Source of the DNA: Trichinella spiralis
Lineage: Eukaryota
Length of the DNA stretch: 64,000 nucleotides
Assembly: GCF_000181795.1 (NCBI RefSeq)
Contig: NW_003526943.1
Location: forward strand, 1-64,000
Reading direction: 5' to 3'
Shown: piece after piece, positions 37,323-55,989 of the stretch
Numbering within the stretch: the stretch's first letter is position 1
How the letters are laid out: each line of letters begins with the position of its first letter
Made by a program: the position numbers and the translations under genes
Notes under the pieces: generated by a model
Seen by the model: only the letters and a program-made list of their open reading frames with translations
Told to the model about the DNA's origin: nothing
Database searches by the model: none

Positions 37323-39423
37323 ATTTTTATCCAAATGGAATTGATTTGTTGTATATGTAAAAAAATTTTTTTCAGTGTGCTCTATGAAATGTAATCATTT
37401 AAAATATTTGAAAAGCAATTGATTTCCATGTGTAGTAATGAAGTAATTGCAATGTAACAACTGAAATAATTTATGCAACTTCCAGAAAAAAATTTGAAAA
37501 AATACATTAATAAAAACTTTTGTTTATAACTAAACAAGAATAAATTGAAATTTAAAAATATGCAAAACTTGGAAATAATTGCAAGTGCTGAAATGGTAAA
37601 CACATTTTTTGGACAAGCGAAGTATTTAGCACTGCGTGTTCCCTTATCTACATACTGTAAATTGATGATAAAAGAAATGCACGATGCAACGCGCAAAAGA
37701 TTAAAATTTATTTGTAAACATCAAATTATTAATCATGCATTAAAATCTTTTCTGTTATTTTTTATTCCTTTGACAATGAATACTTTATTATTTTTTTCCA
37801 TCAAATAAATGGGAGCAAAGTATTTTAAGGAATTAACATTAAATAAAATATAAGAAAAGACAGCTGAAATTCACTAATTACCAATAATCATGGTATTGTA
37901 TTTCATGCTGAAATGAATTTGCTTGTTCATTGAAAATTCAAATATGGAATCCATTAAATTACGTGAGATGGATCAGTTGATCAGTTGGAAAACCGAATGA
38001 ATGTTCAGAGTAGAAGCAATTATTATTTATAATATTTATGAAAATTTGTTAATTGCATCTGCTTATTTCCAATAAATTTTCAAATTATCAGAATGAAGTG
38101 AGAAGAATCAGAAGTGATATCAAATAAATGGGCATAGTTATTTAAAACTACATTAAGGATAAACTGAATAAAATTCTAACAGTGAACTTAATTGAAACTA
38201 ATTTTTTAAATTTCAAACTACTACTACAAATATACAAAATGAGAAATAATGTATTATACAGTTTAAAACTGAAAAAAATCAGACTGATTTAGTATTAAAT
38301 GCAAAAAACTAACTGATGAAGTACACTTTTACCTGAAATTCATAAAAATAAGCTAACCACAAAAAGAAAAAGCAAAAGGAAAAAGGAACTATAAAGAAAA
38401 CATTAATGTGATAAAAGAAGTTAAGTGCAATAAAAGTTGTGCTAGCAATAAATGCAAACAGAAGATGATTAGGTATTGTTAAAATGAGTGCGTAACTAGA
38501 TAAAATTTGTTTATTTATTTACTGTACAAGAGTGTTTTTTCATCTCATTATAATAAATAGAAAATTCTGCTCTTAATGGTCAATTTTTTGAATTTTAATT
38601 GACAGCGCATTCGTTTAAGTTAAGTAAAACTAACGGTAGAAAAATAATTTTGTTGCTTTGTTATTTTTCTGTTGCCATTTGTTCAAAATTGATGTATGAT
38701 ATTTATTAATAAGCTTTCACAGTAAAGTAATAATAATATCGACGTCTATGCCAAAAAAACTACCAACATTAACTTCTGCATAATGAAACATCGGAACATT
38801 AACTTCAAAATTCACATCTTCGGAATGATGCACATCAAAACATGGACATGAACGTCAAAACATGAAAAAGTACATAAGCATGATAAATATTTCTTGACCT
38901 AAAATTCTTTTGAGAAATATTCATGATAAAACTATTGATAGTTTCTGTTTAAATAAAACAGAATCGTTATAAAGCAAAATATTAGAAAATAAGTGCCATA
39001 AAAAATTATTTCATTCAGTTGACGTTACTGCTGGGTATAACCAATAAAATACAAAAGATAACAAGGAGAGAAATAAAAAAATGAAAATGGTAAAAATCCA
39101 CATAATCACACACACAGGCAATTAATTTACCTACTATCTTTCATTTGACCGCCTTAAACGCCTTATATTTAGAAATAACAGTGTAAAATTTTTAGCATTT
39201 GTTTTTATTATTAGACATTGAAATAAATTACTTGAAATTTGGTAATTAAATTTAAGAAATTAATGTATTTTTTATTTTACTTTTAGCTGAATATAAATGT
39301 AAATTAAAATTTTACTTTTATTCATTTACTTTTAGTATTGCATAACTTGAACATCATTATACTGTTACGGTATCCGCCACCTTGTTCTTCATTTGATTGT
39401 GAAATTTGGTGTGGAAAATAGAC

Positions 39424-42610
<3,187 letters not shown>

Positions 42611-43739
42611 AAGTAGTGGTCAGTCGACGAAATGTGGCTTTTTACATTGTTATTTTAGATATATATATATATATATTATGATTTTTGTAGTTGGCGTTAC
42701 AACAGTATATCACATCTGTGCTATGAAACTGCATTTTGAAACAAAAGCTGTGTCACTTTATTAATGGGATTGGTTTTTTTCTTGATAAATAAAGCTATTC
42801 ATATATTGATTTGTTAGCGTGAAAGGAAAGAATGCTTACTGGTATGATGACTTATTTTTCTTTATTCAAGTAATTAATATGCAAATTTTTACATATTTCA
42901 ATGTATTTATATAAATTTTCATTTAGTAATAAATGCAACAATGATATGTAATCTTTTTTGCAGCATATTTTTTGAAATGAGGAAATTCTGATGCTCAGGA
43001 TCAGTTGGCAGGTGTGTTTATGAAATATTCTTTGATGAGCTTACAGACCACTGTTATTTTTTATTTTAAAAAATTAAATAACTTGATACTGAAATATGAC
43101 TGTGTACGAAGAAGTATACGTTCAAAATACGATAAAGATGATTCATGAATTTTTAAGAAATGCAATATGATGCTGAAATTTTATGACTAATCAAATTATT
43201 GAATTGATAACAGAAGTAAAATTCGAAAATAAATGTTGATCATTTTTAAAATGCTTTTAACAACTTTTAAATGCATTTTGATTTTGTTAATATAAGCATT
43301 AAAAACTTAGAAAGAACTGTAAAACTAGTGAAAAATATTTGTAAATACTAAATGCAGCAATACAGAACAGAGGAATTGTCCATTAAGCGAGAAAAATTTA
43401 TATAAATGTTGTTAAATTTATTACATAGCAATAAAAGCTATATTTTCGACGGACTCGTTAAGCACAAAAGAGAAATTGTATTATATTTTAATAAGAATGC
43501 ATTGGAAGGAATGACGTATGCTTTTATTGAAATTTTGCATAACTATTTGGCTTAATTCGAACAGCATGTTCAAATTTCAAATTAAAATCATATAAATATA
43601 ACAAATTAGTTGTTTCATATGAAAATTGAAAAAGGGGTATTTCAGTTGTCAAATGATAAATTTACATTGCTAAAATATTTGTTTGATAACAGATACATTG
43701 CTCCTTTTGGAACTTGTGATGAATACCTCATGATGATGT

Positions 43740-45340
43740 GAAAATTGAGCTTATTGGTAGCTACAGATACTGGAAGGTACAAGATCATGCGATATTAATT
43801 GAAAACGCTTTTTGAGAATTTATGAATGGCACAAAACGAAGGACGAAAATCGTGAATGATGATGAAGCACAAATTGAAGCTGCACTGAAGTTGGACATAG
43901 CTAATCAATAAGCAAAAGCCGACTTGATATTCGCTACAAGCCCGCCTGAACTGTGTGAAGTTAAAGATCATGAAACTTAAAACGTAATCTGGCTCAAATT
44001 AGTATCCCTCCAGGAGTCTTTGGGTCCTGCTAGGAAAACAACCCTGTTGAAACGTCTCATATTTGGCAAAATTAGTGATGAACAACACGTTCCGGACTCA
44101 TAAAAATTTCTGAATCGCAATAGAATTTTGCAAGGAGTTACTCATACCAGAAACGTTGATAATGAGGCTACCGGAAGAATAAAAAACAGAGAATAGAGAG
44201 AGTGCATGATAAAGAAAAGAGTGAAACCATACAATGCAATGCTTGCCAGAGGAAAATTTCGACTGAGAAATAGCCAACATACAGTAGAAAGAAAAACACT
44301 GTAAAGACAGTAAATAGCTGTTTAAATGTAAATGCCACCAATGTGTAAAATTATAGCACAAGGCAAATTCTGCTTTCTGACCACAAGGACAAGTAATAAA
44401 CACTTAGGAAACCCACCTGAATAGCTAGCTGCCAAGTAGAAAAGTCAGAAATTACCATTTACACATCTGATACATTTCACACAAAATGGTGTCTGTACTC
44501 TGCAGCGTCATCCTGCGTGTGCTCCTATATGAAAAGCCTTCATTTGATGTTTAACATGCGATGAACATTGAGCCTTGCGAACAACCAGACAACGGAAAAG
44601 CATAGGAATTTGTACAATGAATATTGAAATCCCAGAAATCGATGGTTTTATAGAAAGGTTTTAAGAAGAGTCATATTCGCAGTGAGTGTTGCAGTTGGAG
44701 GAAGACGAATTCTCTGATATCAATGGATGGACACAGGCCAAGGATTAGAGCAGAACGGAATTAGTCGTACGTTCAGGCGTCGCTATCCGTCGGGTACGCA
44801 ACGATTGATGGCTTGCTCATTCTGGAGTTTTTAAGCATATCACCAGGAATTGTCGCTGGTTTTCAACGTTGAAGCAGTTTGCCCTACAGGGAGTGGGGAA
44901 TTGGAACGACAAAATGATATATGCAGTTGGAATTTGAATTATAGATGTTGAAGTATACAACGGGAAGAAGTGGATTACGTCTCTCCTCAGCAATATTCTC
45001 TACGTACCAGAGTTCTGATATAGTTGTCTATTCAGCGTTACGGCTGCAGACGCTTGTGGATACAAAATCGTGATGGACAGTGTTAACATCCGCTTGGTGA
45101 TGATGAACAAGAGCGAGTTCGTTAGATACAAAGATGGCGATCTGCATACTCGTTCGTCAACACTCAGGCAAGTTGTCGAAGTCCGCATTGTCGCCATAGG
45201 CGAATGCGATATGTTGGAACTCTGGCATCCGCGACTCGGTTACATTAGTATTGAAAAAATCAAAGTCACGATGCAACAGAACCTTGTTGATGGTCTACAT
45301 ATTACATAGGGGAAAATTTTTGCAAGGGGTGCATTTTTGG
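43740..45340 (+). mobile_element. decayed Ty1/copia LTR-retrotransposon gag-pol fragment
   Basis: Stop-interrupted gag-like peptides (YWKVQ..AILIEN; AKADLIF..SPPEL..VK; IWLKL...GPARKTTLLKRL), a degenerate protease region (WLAHSG..KHIT; NILYVPEF...LFSV) and the GAG-pre-integrase motif LWHPRLGYIS...CKGCIFG. No RT or LTRs seen. Confidence 0.8.
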
Positions 45341-48300
45341 TTTTCGAATGACATGGTATGTGAAATATAATTTTCAATGCTACATAGAAATAGTTGTTAG
45401 GTAATAGTTAAAGTTACTTTGGTAAAACCATAAATTTCTAATGATTGCAAATAGTATAAAAACTGAATGTACTTGTTAAACTGAATTAAAGAAATTATTT
45501 AAGAAAACAATTTCCCACAAACTAAATGGTATAATTTATACTATAAAAATTGAAAAAACAGAGGAAACATACATAATATCGCTATTTGCTATTGGCTGCG
45601 TTTCTGAAAATTTTTTCTATGCATACATACATGTGTAAACTTTAATCAACCTAAAACATATACATAAATAAATTTATTTTCCGCATAAATTTAAATTTAA
45701 ATGAATTCAGTAGTAAATCATTATTTCAATATTTCTTTTTTAAATTGTGCATATTTTTTGTTAATTTGTTTTAGTTAATTCTAATAGCAGCTTATTTTTG
45801 TTTGTTAGCTATTGTACAGTCTTTTCTGCAAAAAATGCATGTTAACTTTGCCTTTTATTATATTTATTATTGATGACAAGTATGAAAAATAATGAACGAA
45901 AGGAAATTTATATTATTAAACTTCGTCATTATTGAAAAATGTTAAACAAATGGACCTTTTATTATGAAACGTAAACAACGAACATTTATTATGATTTTTT
46001 TATTATATTAACAATTTATTTAAATACAGTCAATATCTATTAAAAAATTTTTCAAATTGTTTGTTGTGTTGTGATAAAAGATAGACAGTCTGTCTATGCT
46101 TGATGAAAAAGGGCATTCAGCTATTATTAAAACGGTTTGCATGTTCTGTTTTTTTAATATAAGAATTTACAGAAATGAGAAAATGAGCATTTTTAAAATC
46201 ATAAATTAAATGAAATATTTTATTTGGACATTATTATACCAGATGTCCACTCAAGGGATGACAATCGACCAATGACATTCTATTATTGGTAATAATGAAT
46301 AGAAACATTGCAAATGGATAACAATTTCAACTGTTGTTATTCCATTCACTGTTTCGAGTGCGTTAATTGTCATTATGTTAGTCTTGGAAACGAAATGTGA
46401 ATTGTTTACCTTAGCTAATATTAGCCACAGCAAATTAAATAAAAGTCAGTGCAAAATAAGCTTGAACCTCAATAATAATAATAAATGTTATGCTAGATTC
46501 GTTATCTATTCATGTTTCAGCCAGTGAAAGAATATACGTAGTACATTTTTACAGCTTGTAAGCTTTGCCATTGATTTTATTTCAAAACAGTTTTTATCAT
46601 GCTGTGCAGTAGATATAAGGTACGGTAAAGCGATCTATCTGTGTACATAAAATCCATAAATGTTTTATTTACTTGTCGTACTATTAAATAATTAAATAAT
46701 ACTTATACTAATAAATCATTAAAATCAGCGGCAGTGTTTTTAAATACTTATTTATATGAATTTTAATTTTCGCGCATTTATGTAACTCTAATTGGCAACG
46801 AATTGTTCAGTAATATTTTTCAATGATTTGGATGTATTCTTTTTGTTTGAAACGTTGAAATATTTTATATTTACAAGACTCAAATAAGTTTCGTATAATT
46901 TTCCTTAGATGAAACAAATAAAATTGTAGCACCTTATAAATAGCATATGTATCTTATGATCAAAATAGATTTGAAATTAACTAACCCTTTGAATAGAAAT
47001 TAATTCAGAAATGCAATTGATTGTTGCCTGCGAAATGTGGTCAATAATTTTCCAAAACCAGTGACTACTGTTTTACATTTTCTATCTCTGCAAGACACTG
47101 TTGATAATTCACATTGGGACAGTAATTTGTTGCATTTGAAAATTGCAAATTTTCATTTAAAATTGTTTACTGAAATATTGTTATTAAAAAAATGAATTCG
47201 AAATTGCATTATGCATAAATATGTTCAAAGTACAGTTACAAAAATGTTTATGAAACATTAAATTTATTTAATTTTAAATTCACATTTAACAATTGTTGTT
47301 GAAACCGACAACCAAATTTGGCTAATTTAGCTTTGTGCAAAGCGGCGTATTAAGCAATTCATTGCAGCAAGTAGTTTCATTGCTACTAATAACAAGTTTC
47401 TTTGCAGCATGTACATAAATGTGCAAAAAAGTATAGGCGATTTGATTGATTGTATTAGTAAGATTTATTTTAATATTTTCATCATGTGCATGTTGAATAA
47501 TAATAATAATAATAATAGCTAGAATTGACGAATGAAAATTGAAAATAAAAATGTTGTTATTAATGCATCATTGACGGACTGGCAACAACAACAGTTATTG
47601 CAGTCAGTAGCAGTTGCGACACCAGAATGTGACGTAAATTTTCCTTCTTCTACTTACAAAAATGGTTCCACCATCGAAGATGAATATTAAATTATTTTTC
47701 TGATTTTTTGATTCAAAAGTAAGTTTTCCATTTTTGATGCAAAATTCTTTTAAAACAATGATTAAATATTTCGGGTATCCGTAATATTATTCCTGTTGTT
47801 TTTGTTTTTTATAACTTTTCGTTGCACACATCTTTCCTTGCAAAAGAGTAAGAGTAGTTTAAATTATTGGAAAGTTATTCTAATGACAATCAAAGGAAAC
47901 AATTAAAGAAGTAGCACAGTTATGTATTGGAAGAAATTAGCAAATTCAACATTCATAACATTCATAGAGAAAACCTGATCTATTGATCGTTGTGCATTAA
48001 ACTGAAATCTATTAAATTTTCTTCCTTTCCATTAGCGAACCTTTTATGTAATAAAATTATCAGCATTCGTCTAAAACGCATACAGTATTGTATAAGTGAT
48101 AGAAATACATTGTACAGAAAAAATGATTAAAAAGTAATTTTCAAATGGCATAATTTATTGCACGCACGCATCATTTCTGAATTGTATCGTTTGATGTAAT
48201 AAAAAATTGCATTCCATAGCTGAGCAATCTAAACTTTGAAGACAATAAAAGAAATACAAACAGTGAAATATTCTCAGTATATTATCAAATATTTTGGAAT

Positions 48301-51300
48301 GAATTTCAATCAACGGATCACTTTTGAGAGACATACTCGAATGATATGTAAAAGGCAAATTACATTTAATTTGCCTATACAATTTTATGAATCCAATCTA
48401 GTTTCCAAGTAAAAATTTATTACTGTGGTATTATTTCGTAATGCCACAATTTCTTCAAAATATAACCTTGAAGTAAAACATCTGCTGTTATTATTTTTAT
48501 CAACTAAATTTCCACAAAAGGATAACGAATTAAGAGCTTTCTTCAAATATAGCAAATTGCAATAATTTATATTTTATTTATGCTAATGTAAAAAGTTTTT
48601 CAATTTACATTTCTAAAAATGGAGTATATCACATATCAATTGCATCGAAGTTGCACATTTCAAAGCTTGAAAAAATGTAAAATAAAACGTTTGCAAAATG
48701 TTCTGTAAAACGTAGATGCGCAATTTTTTTCATCTCTGTAATTTTATCTATTTGCATGGATGGATGAAATTTAGATGATTATGCGCTGTTGAGAAGCATT
48801 TATCTGAATGCATTCAAATTTATTATATAGTCATGAAGTTCTTTTATTCTATAAAATTATCATTGACATTCTATTTTTCAAGAAATATTCATGGACATGT
48901 ATATGTATAACCAATAAATATGAATGTGAGCATGATGTCTGTTTTAATTATTAAAAATTTTGAAATTTATTATTTTTGAAATTCATTGCTGTAGAATCTT
49001 TCATTATTTTTCACCAATATCATATTTAAAAATTTCATTGCCTCAGCAAAATCTAAGAATCATTTTATAGATATTTATTTCAGAGTGACATTCTACCATT
49101 TTATTATTCATCTAACAAAGTTTTCAAATATACTTTTCTGATAACAGTGCTTTCTTTGGTAGCTTTTCTGAATAAGTAAAATAATTCACATGGTATATTT
49201 TAAAGCTAGTGATAAATTTACAAGGCTGTAAATGCATCAGAATATGAACATAAGAAAAATAATAACTTGACATAATGGATAAAATCGAATGCGAGACTGT
49301 GACTTTAAATATGTGCTAGCAGTTAATGCAAAGCAGTATAAAAATAAAACGTGTACTTTACTGATGATTAAAGCTAAATTTTTTAACTGTAGTGATGAAA
49401 ATAAAAATGACTTTTGCAGTGATAATTTTGGTAATGTAACAACGTATTTTAAGAGAAATCAATTTTTATGTTATAGATAATTAAAGGGTTTGCGATGAAT
49501 GTTTATTTCAAAAAACCAATACACCTATATTAGGCAATTGCTTCAATTCTGATTTCATTTGTTCAATTTTAAGCCTTTTGACAATGAAAATTTGTCACAT
49601 CAATATTAAAACAAATAAGTCCTAACAAAATGATTAATTAACGAATGAAATTGAGAAAAAATAGAAATGCTCATTTAGTGTGTTCTCTTTGCACTAAAAC
49701 ACACACTGAACAATCGTAGGTCATACGTTTTGTGAAATACTTTATTTAAATAATTACACTGAAGCTAGCTTGATGTCTAGATAAAGCTAATTTCTTTATA
49801 ATGAAATTTTTTAATTTCATATGAAGTTGAAATACCGAAGATTTTATTTTCATTATTTTATTTACGATCTACAATAGCTAAATTTCTTCTCCTCTTCTGT
49901 AATAACGCACTCATTTAGATTAAAGAGAATTTCTTAAAGTTCTGGTTCAATCATGCATGTTGCTTTGCATTTATAGGCAATAGTTGATTTCCTTGTTTGG
50001 AACAGTAGGCCTACAGATACATAAAGCACCATTATTATCAGGGAATCAGCCCTTCTGGTACAGCTTTGTTTGCTGCTGTATTTATCGATTTTTCTTTGGT
50101 TAGTTGTTCAACTGGCAATTTGATAGTAAATCTTTTATTGATAGTTCATTATTCATAATCTGTAGTTAATTTCTGCAAATAGTAAATCAAAAAGTAATGA
50201 AAATAAATAGATATGCGGTAAATTCAACGTATCTTAACCAACAGCTTAACATAATGCGGAATATGTATTCATATACCATACTGCTATACATTAATCTGCC
50301 ATATTATTTGATATTATTGATTTTGTTAATAGAAAATGAATTGTTTATTGTTTATTGTTAATAGAAAATGAATGATGAAAACACGGATCAGTTGCCAGCT
50401 TTCTTTGATAGCAGTGTTGCTCTGAAATTGCTATCGAATGATATTTTATCGCGGCACACTTTGCCACTTTGTCCTGTTAACAAACATGCTACTATTTCAA
50501 TTAGTGTCCACAAGTATTCTTTTCTACAACACAAAAGTGCGTACTACAATGATTTTATGTTGTTAATGCCAAAAATGCAAAACTAAACCACAGACAACTT
50601 TTATCAGGCATGATAGGAATGGTGAAGCCGGTGCAAAATATTTTTGCTCATATGTAATGTTGTTTACTTTTCAAATATCTCATGCTTTCAATGTTAATTC
50701 AGCAAATTGTCTGGCAATCTCATTTATCAGTCGATTTGATTGATCATTTAAATTATAAATACCTGCCGGCCCTCTTTTGAGGCGCCAATGATGTTTGTTC
50801 AGTAGTTATGCAGAACGTATATTATGCTTATGTTAGCTCGTCTTCCATCAAAGTGACTGCTGCTGCACAATGAATTTTTTATCAGATGGGATCTTACCTA
50901 ATGCAATTATTAATGGCATATTTTAGTATGTCTGTAATATTTTATGATTAGAACTGAGATTGCATATTCAGGAGTAAAAGTTAAACTGATCAACTGATAA
51001 TAGTAAGAATTTCACTTCATAACATTCATTCTGAATGGCGAGGCTTTAAAACAAAATAGGCACTCAGCATGAGATAATTTTTTCTTAATTGGCATTTCAT
51101 TTATATTTTTTAGTGATTATGCTGAATTATTACCCTAACTGTTAAACCTTTTTCTAGAATGTGAAATGTGAAATGCGAATCATAATGTATAAAGGACAAA
51201 ATGAAAAGTTTAATAATGAAACATTGTACTATTGAAACGTAACTGATAATTGTTTTCTCTTCATTTAAGTATGCTGCGTTTGAAAATTATTTTCCAATAA

Positions 51301-51671
51301 AACATTTATTCAAAACGATAATTTGAGATGAATAAGTAATTGATAGCGTTGTGTTTAATTAAAATTTTCAGTTTTTAGTCGTATTTGACAAAATTAATAT
51401 CTAATAGTTGTATAAATTTTGAATTTTTAAATGTACATTTAAGTAGTCTATTTTTTTGAAATCTCTGATGTAATTGCACTTGCACATGTTCCATTTCAAA
51501 TGAAATTCGATAAATGTTATATCGTATAAAATCAAGTAAAGGCAAATATTTTAATCATAAAACAATTGTGTAGTCTGCTATTTAAATTAATATCTTTGCA
51601 TTGTTAAATGGTTAACATTTAAAATGAATAATGACCCTTAATTTTAGAAAGAGTAATCAACGAAATTTAGT

Positions 51672-54600
51672 ATGGATGATTGCTTATTACGCTGGAATTA
51701 TACAGATATAAAAAGTCACATAATAAGTAATTTCGAATTGCATTATTCCGTTAATTATGTCTTACATTAGCAATGATTCATTTAGATGACAAATGTCCAC
51801 CCAATTTTGATGGTTTTAAATGCTGGCCACCTATTTTAATAAATACCTCTGTGTCACTTCCATGCCCACCTGATTTATTGATAATAGAAAATGATGTGAC
51901 ATTTAATGACAGTAAATGTTATATTTTTAGAATTATAATCCAATTACTTAAAAGTGATCTGAAATTCATTTTAAGGTTTAGCCACGCGATATTGCAATAC
52001 TAATTTCACATGGGATGCAGCGCAGTACGCGGAATGTCTTTCTAACTTTGCAGAACTTTATTCATCTGGAGTGATTATTTCTGAAGATTATTCTGCTATT
52101 ACATACATGCACACAGTTAAATTTTAGATGCCTATTTTGAATCACTTGAAAGCAATGTATTATATTTATTGGATTGGTTACACAGTTTCATTAGTCGTAT
52201 TATTAACGTCATTGGCAATATTCATCAAATTTCGGTAAGAAATCATTAAGAATCTATCAACAAATTTGCAGATGCATCATATTGTAGATCACTGTGGTGC
52301 CTCCGAAATATTATACATTGCAATTTAATATTATGCTTTGCTTGTCATTCTGCAACTTGGATTGCTTATTCAACAATAGTTTATGAAATAATAATGAAGC
52401 ATTTTTTGTATGAAAGTGTGGTAAGTTTTGTATTAAATGTACTATTTCATATTAGTTTGCATTTGAAAAACGTGATCAAATGTGAATATAAAATTTAGTT
52501 AGATTTTTAAATTTAAAAATAAGAAATTAGAAATCAAATAAAATTTCAACGAAAAAAAGATAAGAAAATTGTTTGTAAAATATAATTATTCTTGAATGAA
52601 ATGATAAAACAAAGTATAATTCCTATGTTATGAGAAGTATCTTAAAATAGATGTGAAACTGCAAATTGCATTGCAAATGTAAATGTTTTTCAGCTCGCAT
52701 TTTCATATGTTTTTCTGAATGTCACATTTTTATTTTTATTCTCGAATTATATTTAATTTATGAAAATGAAAAGTAAATAAAAATTACATTAAAACAGTCT
52801 TATTCAGATGATTTTAGTTCAGTTAATGTATAAAGTAATTACTAATCAGAAGCTTTGATTATAGCATTTCTTGTAACTTGTATGTAAACTCTATTAACTA
52901 ATTTTTCAGTGAAGTGTAACTACCATTGCCCATTAAATTTTTAGACAGTGCCTAGAAATCTATTCACTGATAAGATAAAAAAACTGTTTTAAATTCTGCA
53001 ATGTCATCATGCAATAAAATATAATAACAAAATTTTCGCTCAACGCATTACTTTTCAAACAGCAATGAAAACATTTTTTTGGATAAGAACATATCATTGC
53101 TGTGCATTATTTCAATCTTTTAATTGTTTTTATCAATTTTTACGATGAGCATTTTCTGAGAAGTGCAATTGATAAGAATGAAATTAATATGCCTAATGAA
53201 AAACTTCGTTTTAAAATTTAAACATTTTAGAAATACTGCTTCATAGCTACTATATTATTAAAGTACTTTGTCACTGCTGGATTTTTTTGGATGTTCGTAG
53301 AGGGTTTATACCTTCTGGTGAGCGTTCAATTTTCTTTTCAAACTCACAATATCAACTATACTATGTGTGCAAGTATTGGATGGGGTAAGTAATTTCTTGA
53401 TTTGCAAAAAATTAAATTTTCACCTCTTTAATAAATTATCTTAATAATAAATGGTACTTTATGCATTTATATTTAAATTATGAAATAAATCTCAATGAAA
53501 TCAAATAAAATAATTTTAAAAATTCGATATATTGAATGAAAAAATGAGAACCTATAAAATCTTGAATTAAGCAAACTGGCTAAAATATACAACTGTGCAA
53601 ATTAGCAGGTGGGATCTCTGTTGAAATATGTGCATCGTAACACCAGGAGATGTACTTGCTGATTCTCCACATTTCGAGAAGTAAATTTTTTTTATAATAA
53701 TGACGAAATTTAATGCATAAAGGCAGACGATTGTTTGTTAGCATTGCTCGAAAAAAGATTTACCAGAGCAACTTCAGTGATATAACTGATTCCAAAAAAA
53801 CTTTTTAAAGATGTATAATAATATGAAAATGAATGATGCACAGGTTATAAATTTGAAACATTAAAAAGTATTGCAGTGCTTATTTCTTATGTATTATGTA
53901 TGTAATTATGATTGCATATTTAGGAATTCCTATGCTATTAATGATAATTTCGTGTTTTATAAGAAAAAAAATCCCACATGACAGGTACTTATTATTGAAT
54001 TAAATGACAAGAATGAAGATGATATCTTACAAATTTTAGTTGTTGGAACGAACCTTCCAGAGCAGATTACATTTTTCTTGGACCCATTGTTTTTATTTTA
54101 ATTGTAAATTACTTGTCATTCAGGTAAATTACTATAGTAACGTACTTTATGATTTTAGGGAAATTTATTTATATTGCTTGTTGTTTTGAAAGTTTTAATA
54201 AAGCAATTGAAAGTAAGTTATAAATGTTGACATTGAAAATTTCACTTTTTAAATACTGTTGCAAATAGATGACCGTATTTGAAGAAGGTCAAAAAATGAA
54301 GTAAGAATAAAATATATTGCATTGTACAATATGAAAACTACATCATTTCAGGAAAATAGCAAAAGGGCTTTTTCTGTTATGTCCGTTGTTGGGCACCACT
54401 TATATATTTACACTTTTTCCACCACAACATCCACCATGGCTGAAGCTAGCATTTTCATATTCTACCACCATTTTGACATCCACACAGGTGCTAAAACGCA
54501 TGAAAGCCAAAAATTTAAATAACTTTATGGAGTGATTTAGGGAATTGTCATTGCTGTGCTGTTTTGCTTTTCACATGGTGAGGTAAGTGTAAATAATGAT

Positions 54601-54820
54601 GTTAACTATCTTAAATTTGAAGGGAATAATTGATAATTTTTGATGAATTAATCATTACAAGCGAAAAAACACTTTTGTTGAAATTTGAATATTTAAGGTC
54701 TTATTCTGCATCAAAAAGAGCTACTCTCAGTTTATGGAGAAATGGAGACCTCGACAATATAATTGCTACATAGAACTGTTTGATTCACTATCAGAAGGCA
54801 TCAAAGAATCCACATGCTAA
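51672..54820 (+). CDS. class B1 (secretin family) GPCR, CRF/DH44-receptor-like; multi-exon, 5' end uncertain
   Basis: Hormone-binding domain CPPNFDGFKCWP...LPCP...ATRYC..NFTW...YAEC. TM motifs IGYTVSLVVLLTSLAIFIKFRSLWCLRNIIHCNL, FFWMFVEGLYL, IGWGIP, CW, GPI...GNL, PLLGTTY, STQGIVIAVLFCFSHGEV. Stop TAA at 54818-54820. Confidence 0.92.
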
Positions 54821-55989
54821 AATAACTGAAGAGAATTTAAAAATAAGAATTGTGATTAACCCTAATGCGGGTACCTGTATACATATGTAGACAAACGATG
54901 TTTGAAACAGTGCTGTGATTTAAATAAAAATAATTAGGTTATTTATTTTTTTATATTTTATATTACGAATAGAAGTTTTTTTCTGTAAAAAAGATGAACA
55001 GATACACCATGCTGATGTTTTACCTCATTGTTGATCGTGCATCAGCAACACATTTTTACTGATGAGACATCAGCAAAGTTATCAGAAGACAAAGAAGTGT
55101 TTAATGAAAGGGCTATCAGCTCAGCTGGCCAGACAACACATCGAAATGAGGTATCAAAATCAAAAATCTATGCACAAAGTAAATATGCATTCATCTGCTA
55201 CGGACTGCCCCAAAATCATATAGGCTACAGATATCTTTTATAAAACGACAAAATCCATCAAAATTGCTGAGATCAAGAACGTCAAAAATTAACATAAAAT
55301 CCTGCCGTTCATTTCAAAAAAATATATATGTAGCAGTCATAAAATCACTAAAATGTCGTGTTGAGCTTGTATTAAATAAAATGAAAAATCTGCTTGTAAA
55401 ATTATCATTAGTTCTTGAAAAAATAATTATTTTAATATCATGTACAGAGATGAAGCATAACGAAACTTCTAGTGTCTACATATGTAGACAACTGCCAGCA
55501 TTAAGTTGTAAAATTTCCCGCACGGATGAGGGTTAATGATAATTTGTAAGAATTGCAAATAAACAAGACAGGTGATTCATAAATTTAAATTTCTTTAACA
55601 ATAATGGATTGTATGTAATGAATTCCCTGACCCGTGTGACAGTTCAGTGGCACAGTTAACCTTTTCTTTCCTGAATTAATTTTATTCGACGGAAAAGATT
55701 TCCGTTTCGAGAATTAAAGCAATATTATGATGGAAGTATTATTTTAAAGTATAAGATTTTTACCACTTCTGGTTCAGAAAATACTTTCATCTTTAGAAGT
55801 TCGAACAACGGTAGTTTTGATAATATTTGATACTTATTTTAATTTAGTGTTAATTTTGTGTTACATATGCAAAATGTTTTTATTTGAACCTTTTTTCTCC
55901 TGTTTTCAATGCCAGCTTCTAGATGCATATTTAGCACAGACTGAATTTTGAAATAGCGGTCATAAGTGAAGTCTTCTCTGTTTAACAAT

